44,301 nt of DNA from a virus (taxonomy: Duplodnaviria; Caudoviricetes), in IMG/VR virus record IMGVR_UViG_3300037440_000087, positions 1 to 44,301 of that record. One strand, 5' to 3'. The position numbers were made by a program, and so were the translations under genes. The notes under the pieces are model-generated. The model did no database searches. It was not told the DNA's origin and was given only the letters and a program-made list of their open reading frames with translations. Positions 36,044-44,150 of this stretch are shown here, piece after piece (the stretch's first letter is position 1; each line of letters begins with the position of its first letter).

Positions 36044-36589
36044 ATGATTAAAAAAATATTACAAGTTATAGCAATCTTAGCGGTTGCTTATATGGTGTTG
36101 AGCCCATTTATTTTAAGGTGGATAGAGTCAACGGTAACTACTAAAGCAACGACAAGCACAGGACAACAATTACCACAGGCTTCGGTTAAAAATAAGATGA
36201 CGCCGGAGTCTTTATTAAAAGCAACTAACAAAGAGCGGGTAAAAAGAGGCATATCTAAATTAGCCCTTAATAAAACTCTTAATTTGTCAGCCGGTCTAAA
36301 ATGCAATGACATGGTGCAAAGGGATTACTGGAGTCATGACGCACCAGACGGTACTACGCCCTGGAGCTTTTTTGAGAAGGCTGGGGCTAATTACCAGGTA
36401 GCCGCTGAAAACCTAGCTAGAGGCTTTGAAACAAGCTCAGGGACCGTCAAAGGCTGGATGGACAGCGAAGCACATCGCCGTACTCTATTAGACAGCATGT
36501 ACGGCAACGTAGGCTTTGGGATATGTAACAGTGACAACTTTGTGAATGATGGTGAAAGCACCATAATGGTACAACATTTTACTGATTAA
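36044..36589 (+). CDS. CAP/SCP-domain membrane-anchored protein
   Basis: TNKER, DMVQRDYWSH, AAENLA and GWMDSEAHR motifs; N-terminal TM; start moved to the ATG after AGAGAGGT. Confidence 0.9.
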   Translation: MIKKILQVIAILAVAYMVLSPFILRWIESTVTTKATTSTGQQLPQASVKNKMTPESLLKATNKERVKRGISKLALNKTLNLSAGLKCNDMVQRDYWSHDAPDGTTPWSFFEKAGANYQVAAENLARGFETSSGTVKGWMDSEAHRRTLLDSMYGNVGFGICNSDNFVNDGESTIMVQHFTD

Positions 36590-36599
36590 TAAAAAGTAC

Positions 36600-36628
36600 T
36601 TGACAATATTAAAACACTACTATACAAT
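36600..36628 (+). promoter_or_regulatory. Sigma70 promoter
   Basis: TTGACA-17 bp-TACAAT. Confidence 0.85.
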
Positions 36629-36655
36629 GAACACTACAACAAAGAGAGGTCAATA

Positions 36656-36958
36656 ATGAACGACAAGCAAAAGGCAATATTAGTAGACAGAGCCTTAGAA
36701 CAGGTAGAAAACTGGGGCGGTACTCTATATAGCCAGATTATTCAGATGGAACTGGACTCAGACGACTGGGAAGGCTTAGCCTATCACGTTAACCTAGCCG
36801 AACGACAAGAAGACGAGCTAGAAGCTATGGCTGATGAGTTCTACCCCAATAAAAAATCTATTAAAGTCAGATACGTACCTAGCCAAGTCAAACCTAAATG
36901 GTATTACGACAAGGCTAACAAAACTACTTCGGTCTGGAGTTGGGAAGAAGGTGTGTAA
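36656..36958 (+). CDS. Hypothetical protein
   Basis: 100 aa; AGAGAGGTCA RBS motif; directly after a promoter. Confidence 0.75.
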   Translation: MNDKQKAILVDRALEQVENWGGTLYSQIIQMELDSDDWEGLAYHVNLAERQEDELEAMADEFYPNKKSIKVRYVPSQVKPKWYYDKANKTTSVWSWEEGV

Positions 36959-37716
36959 TGAGCCTATTTGAAACAGGTATCCGCCCTTTAGTGGATGCCC
37001 ACATAGCTAAAAAAGCCGAAGAAAAGCGGGATTATGGCGATTACTGGTCGGCAAGTTCGGCAGGCTACTGCATGAGGCTTAACATTTTAAAACGCCTAGA
37101 TGTGCCGTCAGTACCAGAGATTAAAGAAGATGCTGTCAGGACACAAAGGGTTTTTGAAGCCGGTCATGTGTTTCACGAATACATGCAGCGGATTACCAAA
37201 GAAGCCGGTATATCTATAGCCCAAGAACTAGAGTTACAAGACGAAGATTTAATGGTCAGGGGACACATAGATGACTTAATAACGGTAGACGGCAAGCTCA
37301 TTCTATACGACTATAAATCTAAACATTCGTATTGGTTTAAATACGCTACTAATAGGGATATAGGCCATTACCACTCTATGCAGTTAGCTACCTATATGTA
37401 CATGTTACGCGAACTAACCGACCATGATGTTAAAGAAGCCCGCCTGTTACATATAAGCAAGGACGACCTACGACAAGCCGAAGACCAAATCATCTGGTCG
37501 CCTACATGGGAGAAGAAAGTGGTCGACTACTGGAAGACCCTCGAAGGTTATTGGCAAGCTAAAACCATACCGGCTTGTACCTGTCTAGACCATGATGGCG
37601 GTTTTATGGGTATGCGCTCTAAAAAGGGCAAGATTTACAATCCTTACTACTATGATGGTCTTAGCTGCAATTCCGAATGGTTCGGTGACAAAATACCAGA
37701 AGGGTGGAAATTCTAA
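36958..37716 (+). CDS. Cas4-like PD-(D/E)XK exonuclease
   Basis: SASSAGYC, GHVFH, GHIDD...YDYKS, QLATY and C-terminal cysteines; TAATG coupling gives the start. Confidence 0.85.
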   Translation: MSLFETGIRPLVDAHIAKKAEEKRDYGDYWSASSAGYCMRLNILKRLDVPSVPEIKEDAVRTQRVFEAGHVFHEYMQRITKEAGISIAQELELQDEDLMVRGHIDDLITVDGKLILYDYKSKHSYWFKYATNRDIGHYHSMQLATYMYMLRELTDHDVKEARLLHISKDDLRQAEDQIIWSPTWEKKVVDYWKTLEGYWQAKTIPACTCLDHDGGFMGMRSKKGKIYNPYYYDGLSCNSEWFGDKIPEGWKF

Positions 37717-37913
37717 TGGCGAGTGAAAAAGATGGTAGCAATCCAACTAAAGGCGCAAAGAAGCCGTGGAATAAGTCAGGAGCTATTAACTTAGATGGGG
37801 TTGACCGTTCAGGCAGTAAGGTTAGGATAACAAAGCCAGCAGACCCGGAGAAACTCCGCAAATACAGAGAAGAAAAGGCAAGAATTTTAAAGGGAAGGAG
37901 GAATCATGCCTAA
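37716..37913 (+). CDS. Small basic hypothetical protein
   Basis: TAATG-coupled start. Confidence 0.55.
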   Translation: MASEKDGSNPTKGAKKPWNKSGAINLDGVDRSGSKVRITKPADPEKLRKYREEKARILKGRRNHA

Positions 37914-38151
37914 GAATGACAATAATAAACCAGACGTAAAAATAGAATCTGATATACCAAAGCCTGATGATAGACGAGAAAACCAGCATTGGCCCTTTAA
38001 AGAAATGAAGGTTGGCGACAGCTTTGAATTTCCAGAAAGTGAACGATACTTAGTGACACCACCGGCTTGGAAGTTTGCTAAGCGGGCAGGAATAAAGTTC
38101 ACAGTACGTAAAGTATCAGATGGCACATTAAGAATATGGAGGATTACATAA
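37906..38151 (+). CDS. Small putative DNA-binding protein
   Basis: WPFKEMKVGDSF...FTVRK...RIWR pattern common in phage small proteins; AGGAGG RBS. Confidence 0.65.
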   Translation: MPKNDNNKPDVKIESDIPKPDDRRENQHWPFKEMKVGDSFEFPESERYLVTPPAWKFAKRAGIKFTVRKVSDGTLRIWRIT

Positions 38152-38672
38152 TGGTAAAAACCAATCCGTTAAGAGAAATGGTCTTTAAAGAAGGCGGTGG
38201 CGGTGATTTATTCGTCAATGACTTTCCAGCCAAGTTAAGGGTGCTAAGTACCGACCCGCTGGCTTACGTTGACAGATACGCTAACACTAAGTTTGCGTTC
38301 CCTGTCTGGAGTTATGACCAAGGCAAACCGATGATTTTGGCTAAGGGCGCTTCAATCGCCAAGCCGATACAAGTCATTGATATGGACGCCGATTTCGGTG
38401 AGGATGTCACTACCGTTGATTTAAAGATTACCAAATCTGGCGAGGGTAAAGAAACCAGGTATACGGTTAACGTTTTGCGTAAAGCCGAAAAATTGACAGA
38501 CGACCAACTAGAGGAAGCAGCCAAGTTGGACGGTAGTTTGGAAAAGGTATTTCCGAACGGTATCAGAGTATCTGAGCTTAACACCGGTAAGGAGTTGCCC
38601 CAACCTGATACCATACCCGGTGATGAAGACCTGGACGGTCCACCGCCATCAGACGATGACTACCCGGGATAA
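38151..38672 (+). CDS. Putative single-stranded DNA-binding protein
   Basis: DLKITKSGEGKETRYTV OB-fold-like motif; acidic Pro-rich C-terminus; GGAGG RBS. Confidence 0.65.
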   Translation: MVKTNPLREMVFKEGGGGDLFVNDFPAKLRVLSTDPLAYVDRYANTKFAFPVWSYDQGKPMILAKGASIAKPIQVIDMDADFGEDVTTVDLKITKSGEGKETRYTVNVLRKAEKLTDDQLEEAAKLDGSLEKVFPNGIRVSELNTGKELPQPDTIPGDEDLDGPPPSDDDYPG

Positions 38673-38706
38673 AGAATAAACCAATAATTAAAGAGAGGTT
38701 AATATA

Positions 38707-39438
38707 ATGGAAAATGTAATACAACAGTCTACGGACTACGAAGAGTTCAGCCTTTTAGAAGGTAACAGGGGGGTCAGCAGAGGCCACGCCGAAACTTTGA
38801 AAAGAGCTTTCGAGGAAACAGGCAATCTGTTAGCCGCACAACCTATTCTAGTAAATAAGAGTAAGCAGATAATTGACGGACAACATCGTTTTGAAGCCTG
38901 TAAAGAGTTAGGTTTGCCAATTTACTTTACGGTAATTAGTAATCTAAATGTCAATGATGCCCGTAATATAAACATAATCAAAAGGGAGTGGCTGCCTCTG
39001 GACTACGCCAAGTCTTACGCCGTATCTGGTAACAAAAACTACCAAAGGTACTTGCAACTAGGCGAAGATTATGGAGTGGCCCACAGTGTCTTGGTTATTC
39101 TAGCCACCAATGCAGACCCTTCTAAAAAGACGAATGGTGTCTACAAAGACTTTAGGACTGGTGATTTGAAACTTAAGGCAGAGGATATGCCTAAGATAAT
39201 AAATAAGCTGGACAAACTAGTAGAATACAAAGAGTATGTGCCACATGCTTTGTCTAAAATAACCGCCCTAGCCTTTTTAAAGGCGATGGATGCTGATAGT
39301 TACAGCCACGCTCGCATGCTCCGTAAATTGGAAATGATGGGTGGTCAGTTAGAGCACTTCTCTGTAGTAACGGATGCCGTTAAAGCGCTTGAAGAAATTT
39401 ACAACTACCGAGCACAAAATACTGTAAGGCTGTACTAG
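38707..39438 (+). CDS. ParB/Srx-like N-terminal domain protein
   Basis: NR...PILVN...IIDGQHRFEA motif. Confidence 0.85.
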   Translation: MENVIQQSTDYEEFSLLEGNRGVSRGHAETLKRAFEETGNLLAAQPILVNKSKQIIDGQHRFEACKELGLPIYFTVISNLNVNDARNINIIKREWLPLDYAKSYAVSGNKNYQRYLQLGEDYGVAHSVLVILATNADPSKKTNGVYKDFRTGDLKLKAEDMPKIINKLDKLVEYKEYVPHALSKITALAFLKAMDADSYSHARMLRKLEMMGGQLEHFSVVTDAVKALEEIYNYRAQNTVRLY

Positions 39439-39453
39439 CCGGATGTGTATAAT

Positions 39454-39557
39454 GAGGGCAGAGGGTTTGATTGACCTCTCGCCCTCTAACAGATTCGGTT
39501 CTTTCATAGTTGCCTAGTTCTTTGGACCACTCTTCTGAGCTGGGCAACTCCGAGTCT
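39454..39557 (+). ncRNA. Candidate small structured RNA/leader (two hairpins)
   Basis: GAGGGC/GCCCTC stem (39454-39486) and AGTTGCCTAGTTC/GAGCTGGGCAACT stem with G-U pairs; TATAAT at 39448. Confidence 0.4.
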
Positions 39558-39572
39558 AACAAGGAGTTAAAT

Positions 39573-39713
39573 ATGTCAGATGAACTAACGGAGCCTCCCA
39601 GTTTACTTACAGAAGTAAAGATTTACTACGAATGGATAAACGTACCTATAAAGCGTAAATACACCACAAGAAAGAGAGGTCAGGATGGCAGGAACAGTCA
39701 AAGGCGGGCGTAA
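39573..39713 (+). CDS. Small hypothetical protein
   Basis: AAGGAG RBS before the ATG at 39573. Confidence 0.45.
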   Translation: MSDELTEPPSLLTEVKIYYEWINVPIKRKYTTRKRGQDGRNSQRRA

Positions 39714-39921
39714 AGCCGCTATTACTAATAAAGAAAGGCACGGTAGCAGCTTCTACGGCATTATTGGAGCAATCGGCGGTAGGAAAGGTAAGACAGGTGG
39801 TTTTGCCTCTCTAGATGTTGGTAAAGATGGCTTAACCGGCAAACAAAGGGCTATATTAGCTGGACGTATTGGTGGTCACATCAGCCGAAGACGCAAGTCA
39901 ATAGTGGAAGATGTAGCATGA
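39685..39921 (+). CDS. KGG-motif (general stress protein-like) small basic protein
   Basis: KGGRKAA...FYGIIGAIGGRKG...AGRIGGHISRR. Confidence 0.75.
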   Translation: MAGTVKGGRKAAITNKERHGSSFYGIIGAIGGRKGKTGGFASLDVGKDGLTGKQRAILAGRIGGHISRRRKSIVEDVA

Positions 39922-40274
39922 CTATAAAGGGTATAACACCGGTTTCAAAACCAAGGCAAACGCAGGCTGATAGATGGAAGAAACGGCCAGCAGTTATTCG
40001 CTACCGTGCTTTTGCTGACGAACTCCGGCTAAAATACCCCCACGAAATGCCTCTAAACGTGCATTTAACCTTCCATATGCCAATGCCTAAGTCCTGGAGC
40101 AAACGTAAGAGGGCCGAAATGGTAGGCAAACCGCACCAGCAGAAACCTGACCTAGATAACTTACAAAAAGCCGTCTGGGACGCCCTTTTAGAAGAAGACT
40201 CAATAGTCTGGCGCTGTGTAGCTGAAAAGTATTGGGGCGTGGAAGGCTCTATAGAAATTAAAGGAAACGAATGA
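39918..40274 (+). CDS. rusA: RusA-family Holliday junction resolvase
   Basis: SKPR, PMPKSWSK, KPDLDNLQKAVWDAL and EDS motifs. Confidence 0.9.
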   Translation: MTIKGITPVSKPRQTQADRWKKRPAVIRYRAFADELRLKYPHEMPLNVHLTFHMPMPKSWSKRKRAEMVGKPHQQKPDLDNLQKAVWDALLEEDSIVWRCVAEKYWGVEGSIEIKGNE

Positions 40275-40283
40275 GAGGTCGCT

Positions 40284-40523
40284 GTGAAACTTACAATAAA
40301 AGCAAAGCTAAATATAGAGGAACAGGGCGGGAGTGTTTCTGTAAAACGTACCCAGCCAACCTCTTGGCAAGAGCTTGGACTATACTTAGAATGTGTAGCT
40401 TTCCTAGCTAGTCGAGCATTAGAAGAAGGCAACCCTAAAGATATCAAAAACTTAGGTGAAATGGATAAGTATATATCTGATTATATGCGTAAAGCTATCC
40501 CAGATTTTATAGTAAAGGAGTAA
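40284..40523 (+). CDS. Hypothetical protein
   Basis: 79 aa; GAGAGGTC RBS motif before GTG. Confidence 0.6.
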   Translation: MKLTIKAKLNIEEQGGSVSVKRTQPTSWQELGLYLECVAFLASRALEEGNPKDIKNLGEMDKYISDYMRKAIPDFIVKE

Positions 40524-40537
40524 CAGCACATTAAAAA

Positions 40538-40790
40538 GCTGGTGCAGTGTAACTCCTAGACATTAGGCGCTGCCGCAAGTGCGAAAACCGATTAGCCACC
40601 GTATGGTGGACGGGTTAGTAGAGCCAGTATCGAACCTAGTCGTCTGCGAGTTGGCGCTGGTTGGGCTAGAACCATCACGTGCATAAGGTTAACCGACTCG
40701 GCAGGTAGTTTTAACGCTACAACGCGGAGAAGCCCGAAACCTGTTAGCTATAGGAATACAGGAAATACCGGCGTCAATTCATAGACGATT
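40538..40790 (+). ncRNA. Candidate compact structured RNA with possible pseudoknot
   Basis: Closing helix 40538-44/40766-72, several internal stems, loop GGGCT complementary to AGCCC at 40731. Confidence 0.5.
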
Positions 40791-40816
40791 AGTAAATAAG
40801 TAAGAAAGGATAAGTT

Positions 40817-40948
40817 ATGACAATCACTGAACACTGCGGATGCAAGCGGACAAAGGTTGCCGAGGGAACCATTTTCGAGGGGTGGTTGCAAAGCTACTGT
40901 GACCGTCACAACCCCTTTAAGAACGTCGCACCAAAGGCTGAGTTATGA
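40817..40948 (+). CDS. Small Cys/His (Zn-binding) protein, not in the ORF track
   Basis: 43 aa MTITEHCGCKR...YCDRHNPF...; AGAAAGGA RBS. Confidence 0.55.
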   Translation: MTITEHCGCKRTKVAEGTIFEGWLQSYCDRHNPFKNVAPKAEL

Positions 40949-40976
40949 ACTACGCAAACGTAAGAAAGGAGTCCAC

Positions 40977-41120
40977 ATGGAAGTCTACCTTAGTAAATTC
41001 ATAATCCCCGCTTTTATAATCCTATTCTTTATGGGGATTGTAATCGTATCGGCTTATAGGCTCATGTGGGGCTGGTGGCAGGACGAGGCTGATATTAAAC
41101 ACGAAAGGAGTAAGAAATGA
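40977..41120 (+). CDS. Small single-TM protein
   Basis: 47 aa from the ATG after AGAAAGGAG; hydrophobic segment FIIPAFIILFFMGIVIV. Confidence 0.6.
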   Translation: MEVYLSKFIIPAFIILFFMGIVIVSAYRLMWGWWQDEADIKHERSKK

Positions 41121-41392
41121 CTAGCAACCCTAACTCAGAACCAATGTCAGAACTAAAAGACATAGTGACCCGACTCAGAGCGGGCAAAGACCCCGATACT
41201 GGTGAGCTGATAATTACCGAGGCACAAGCCCTAGCCAAACTCCAAGCCCTTCTGGTGAAAGAGCGCATACAGCAAATAGAATCCATCAGGGAGAGGTTCG
41301 TATTAGATGGATGGGAGTACAAGTGGTTGACGGACGTTTTGGCAATTAAAGAGGCCCAGCTACAACAACTTAAAGGGAGCGAGGAGAATTGA
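41117..41392 (+). CDS. Hypothetical protein
   Basis: ATGA coupling, AGGAG RBS. Confidence 0.65.
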   Translation: MTSNPNSEPMSELKDIVTRLRAGKDPDTGELIITEAQALAKLQALLVKERIQQIESIRERFVLDGWEYKWLTDVLAIKEAQLQQLKGSEEN

Positions 41393-41393
41393 T

Positions 41394-41600
41394 ATGGGTA
41401 AGAGCCTTGGAAACCTGGCGTTTGTAGATAAAGAACCTGTCTACGTGCTTGAGCGTCAACCATTCCCAGAGAAAAAGCAGACTAGGTATGAAATATGGGT
41501 AGAAGATGACGGGATTAGTATTAGCCCTCACCAGCTAGCACAATTGTTGGCAGATACTTTACAAAGTGTAGTTAACCCAACCCAACAGGAGGACAACTAA
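41394..41600 (+). CDS. Hypothetical protein
   Basis: GAGGAG RBS; tight packing. Confidence 0.6.
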   Translation: MGKSLGNLAFVDKEPVYVLERQPFPEKKQTRYEIWVEDDGISISPHQLAQLLADTLQSVVNPTQQEDN

Positions 41601-41884
41601 TGCCTGACACACTAGATAAGCAAGAAGAACTGCGGAAGCTGAAACGTGCAGCTCATAAAGCAAACTGGGAACAAGCTAAAGTCGTGTATGCCGATGAGAT
41701 TAAGGCTTTGCAGTTCCAGCTTATCGACAAGGTTCTGGAGCTTGTTGGCTACCATTTTGAAAAGGCCCACCCTAGTGACTGCGAATGCCATCAATTTGGT
41801 TCAGACAGCTCTAAAGACGGCTACTGGAAAGATGGCGATTTCGTACCGATGGCCACCCTAGAAAACATAAGGAAAGAGATTTAA
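41600..41884 (+). CDS. Hypothetical protein
   Basis: AGGAGG RBS; TAATG coupling. Confidence 0.65.
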   Translation: MPDTLDKQEELRKLKRAAHKANWEQAKVVYADEIKALQFQLIDKVLELVGYHFEKAHPSDCECHQFGSDSSKDGYWKDGDFVPMATLENIRKEI

Positions 41885-41898
41885 GGAGGAAAAGTAAG

Positions 41899-42126
41899 AT
41901 GAAAGTGACCAAAAGATATAACCAACATCGCAGAGACTTGAGCATCGACATGGAGTGCGAGGGTTGCGGTACGACTGATAGCTACCGTTCAGCTTACGAT
42001 GACACAAACTTTTGGGTAAATGTTGTGCCAGACTTCAAATGTCCTAAGTGTGAAAAATCAACCAAAGACCTCGGCTTAGAACCAGAGGATACGCACACTC
42101 GCTATCCAGAAGGTATGCAGCTATGA
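41899..42126 (+). CDS. Zinc-ribbon protein
   Basis: CEGC ... CPKC; AAGGAGG RBS. Confidence 0.75.
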   Translation: MKVTKRYNQHRRDLSIDMECEGCGTTDSYRSAYDDTNFWVNVVPDFKCPKCEKSTKDLGLEPEDTHTRYPEGMQL

Positions 42127-42323
42127 CCAACCCCACCGCCCCAACTAACAACCCTAAGAGTCAGACCCCCTACAACGTTACCCTATTAAAAGCTACCCCG
42201 GCACAAATGGTCAACAGGTTGAAGCTAGAACTGAGTACCACACCCAGGTGGCGTGTCTTCAAAAGGATACAGATAAAACGAATGATTAAATTCTGGAAAA
42301 AGGAGGCCAAATTATGGGCATGA
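42123..42323 (+). CDS. Hypothetical protein
   Basis: ATGA coupling. Confidence 0.55.
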   Translation: MTNPTAPTNNPKSQTPYNVTLLKATPAQMVNRLKLELSTTPRWRVFKRIQIKRMIKFWKKEAKLWA

Positions 42324-42736
42324 GTCAGACCCCAGCGGACGTAGAAGAGCTGCGAAAGCTTGTAGTCAGGATTCTAACGGTTCGCCAAACCGAGTATTTA
42401 CCTAAAAGGTGGCGTTCACAAAGCGCAATACCCAAAGAGGTGTTCGATAAAGCTCACCGAAGGATGATTAAAGAACAGGTTAGAGTTCTTGGGACATTCA
42501 TCCAAGCTCACACGGAGGACGCTGAACGGCGGGCGGAAGACAAATCGCTCGACTACGCACGCACGTTTGTAGACCTATTCAAAGACCGTCCCGACCAGGT
42601 TGAGTATGTACTGCGCCACCTTAACGGTGAGCGGTATCGGAAAGACCATAAGGGTGTCAAAGTCGAGCTACGCAAAGCCCTTAACACACCTGACACAGCT
42701 GAAGACCACCAGCAGGGAGTAGAAAACGATGGGTAA
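42314..42736 (+). CDS. Hypothetical protein
   Basis: AAGGAGG RBS; 140 aa. Confidence 0.65.
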   Translation: MGMSQTPADVEELRKLVVRILTVRQTEYLPKRWRSQSAIPKEVFDKAHRRMIKEQVRVLGTFIQAHTEDAERRAEDKSLDYARTFVDLFKDRPDQVEYVLRHLNGERYRKDHKGVKVELRKALNTPDTAEDHQQGVENDG

Positions 42737-42992
42737 GCACAGAATGAAGCTGACTAACAAAGATATTCTGCTAATTATGGACCACCTAGCTAAAGGATTT
42801 ACTGACGCCGTGTGGCGTAAAGACCCCAAGCGAGCTGAGTCTACATACGAGGTATATCAAACAATTGGTCAAGCTATGGGCGAAAGTCATATTGTGCTGG
42901 AATACTTTGTGAAGTATCTCCCCACCAAGGACTCCACCGACGCTAAACCTAACGAACCCGTTACCTTTAAAAATTCAGGGTCTAAATCATGA
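42729..42992 (+). CDS. Hypothetical protein
   Basis: Overlaps both neighbours; GGGAG RBS. Confidence 0.6.
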   Translation: MGKHRMKLTNKDILLIMDHLAKGFTDAVWRKDPKRAESTYEVYQTIGQAMGESHIVLEYFVKYLPTKDSTDAKPNEPVTFKNSGSKS

Positions 42993-43267
42993 GCATAGTA
43001 AAAGTTGGAAATGAGATGGCCGCACTGCGGTTAATGCGTCAAATCAGCCACGAAACCCGGCGTATCGCAGAACCCATGCCATCGCCTGGACAGGTCGCAA
43101 TGGTGCTACACGCCCTCGCAGACCACACAGCGATTATGAGTGCATTGCAGCACCGCCCGGACCCAACTAGCCCTTGGCCGGAAGCAACGTCTGTAGGTCG
43201 TTGGTTACACGATGTCGGCGACGATTTAGAGGACTCCACCGATGCCCCTAAGAAAGAGAAAAGATGA
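42989..43267 (+). CDS. Hypothetical protein
   Basis: ATGA coupling at both ends. Confidence 0.6.
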   Translation: MSIVKVGNEMAALRLMRQISHETRRIAEPMPSPGQVAMVLHALADHTAIMSALQHRPDPTSPWPEATSVGRWLHDVGDDLEDSTDAPKKEKR

Positions 43268-43443
43268 TCGGTGTCTACATAACAATCAATGGCGAGCCTA
43301 TTTATGCCCGCACTGCCGTGAACCGCTTGGAGGAGGAAGGTTTATACGTAGTCGATGACGGCTCTAAAGTAAAACATAACCCCGAAGATGGGGCCGTAGC
43401 TCTGGCTATAAAGCTTCTGGAAACTATAAAGGAGCAAAAGTGA
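43264..43443 (+). CDS. Hypothetical protein, not in the ORF track
   Basis: 59 aa MIGVYITINGEPIYARTAVNR...; ATGA/TGATG coupling. Confidence 0.65.
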   Translation: MIGVYITINGEPIYARTAVNRLEEEGLYVVDDGSKVKHNPEDGAVALAIKLLETIKEQK

Positions 43444-43553
43444 TGCCCCTAAGTAAGCTAATCGACCTAGTCAAACGCATGGCCTGGGCTGTGGCGATAG
43501 CCATTGTAGCCTTTGCTGCGGTTTTGGCGGTGATAATAATTTTAACGATGTAG
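43443..43553 (+). CDS. Small single-TM protein, not in the ORF track
   Basis: 36 aa MPLSKLIDLVKRMAWAVAIAIVAFAAVLAVIIILTM; AAGGAG RBS. Confidence 0.6.
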   Translation: MPLSKLIDLVKRMAWAVAIAIVAFAAVLAVIIILTM

Positions 43554-43563
43554 AGGAGGTGAT

Positions 43564-43911
43564 GTGAAGAAGATAACCATCGCATTCGATGTAGACGGCA
43601 CGCTTATAAGTAACGAAAGTAATGGTATTCCGATAGCCAATGAGAGAATCCGTACCCTGCTAATAACGCTTGCTTCGTTCAAGAATGTACGAATTGTGGT
43701 ATGGTCAGGCGGTGGTGAACTATATGCCAAGCAAGCCTGTGACGCAATAGGCGTAAGCAGATATGTGAACCAGTTTGCTACCAAGAACCATTTAGGCAAA
43801 GATGCGAATGGAAAGCACCAGTTTGCTCCTAACCTCGTGCCAGATATAGCCATAGATGACATCCAAGACTGCGAGCTAGGCGAGCTGAACCTAATTGTCA
43901 GAGAGAAGTAG
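43564..43911 (+). CDS. Minimal HAD-superfamily phosphatase
   Basis: AFDVDGTL, VVWSGG, K and IAIDD motifs; AGGAGGTGAT RBS. Confidence 0.85.
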   Translation: MKKITIAFDVDGTLISNESNGIPIANERIRTLLITLASFKNVRIVVWSGGGELYAKQACDAIGVSRYVNQFATKNHLGKDANGKHQFAPNLVPDIAIDDIQDCELGELNLIVREK

Positions 43912-43933
43912 CCCACCCTCTGACGTTCTAGTC

Positions 43934-44113
43934 CTATACTTTCCACAACCCCGCCTTCTCACCAACTTTGCTAACAATAAGCTCTTGGATTTCTCGGCTG
44001 AAGTCCTTTAGTTCTTTTGAGTCAGGAGAAGCGGGCAGTTCGGTTTTCAACATACCTACTGTTTCCCCGTCAGGTGTTTTTATTAGTACGCTTATTTGGT
44101 ATTCGTTAAACAT
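43934..44113 (-). CDS. Hypothetical protein
   Basis: 59 aa from the ATG after GGAGGG; lies beyond the lysis terminator and converges on the HAD gene. Confidence 0.55.
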   Translation of the reverse strand: MFNEYQISVLIKTPDGETVGMLKTELPASPDSKELKDFSREIQELIVSKVGEKAGLWKV

Positions 44114-44123
44114 TATCCCTCCT

Positions 44124-44150
44124 AACAAAAGACCGCCCTTTCAGGCGGTC
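44124..44150 (-). terminator. Intrinsic terminator of the lysis operon
   Basis: GACCGCC/GGCGGTC stem plus TTTTGTT; sits just after the holin stop once the genome is circularised. Confidence 0.8.

Noticed and set aside
36958-37716. Cas4-like gene as part of a CRISPR-Cas system
   Set aside because: No array or other cas genes. Solo Cas4-like nucleases are common in phage recombination modules.
40538-40790. tRNA, hammerhead or RNase P identity for the structured region
   Set aside because: No TTCGA T-loop cloverleaf, no CTGATGA core and no GAGGAAAGTCC signature found by eye.
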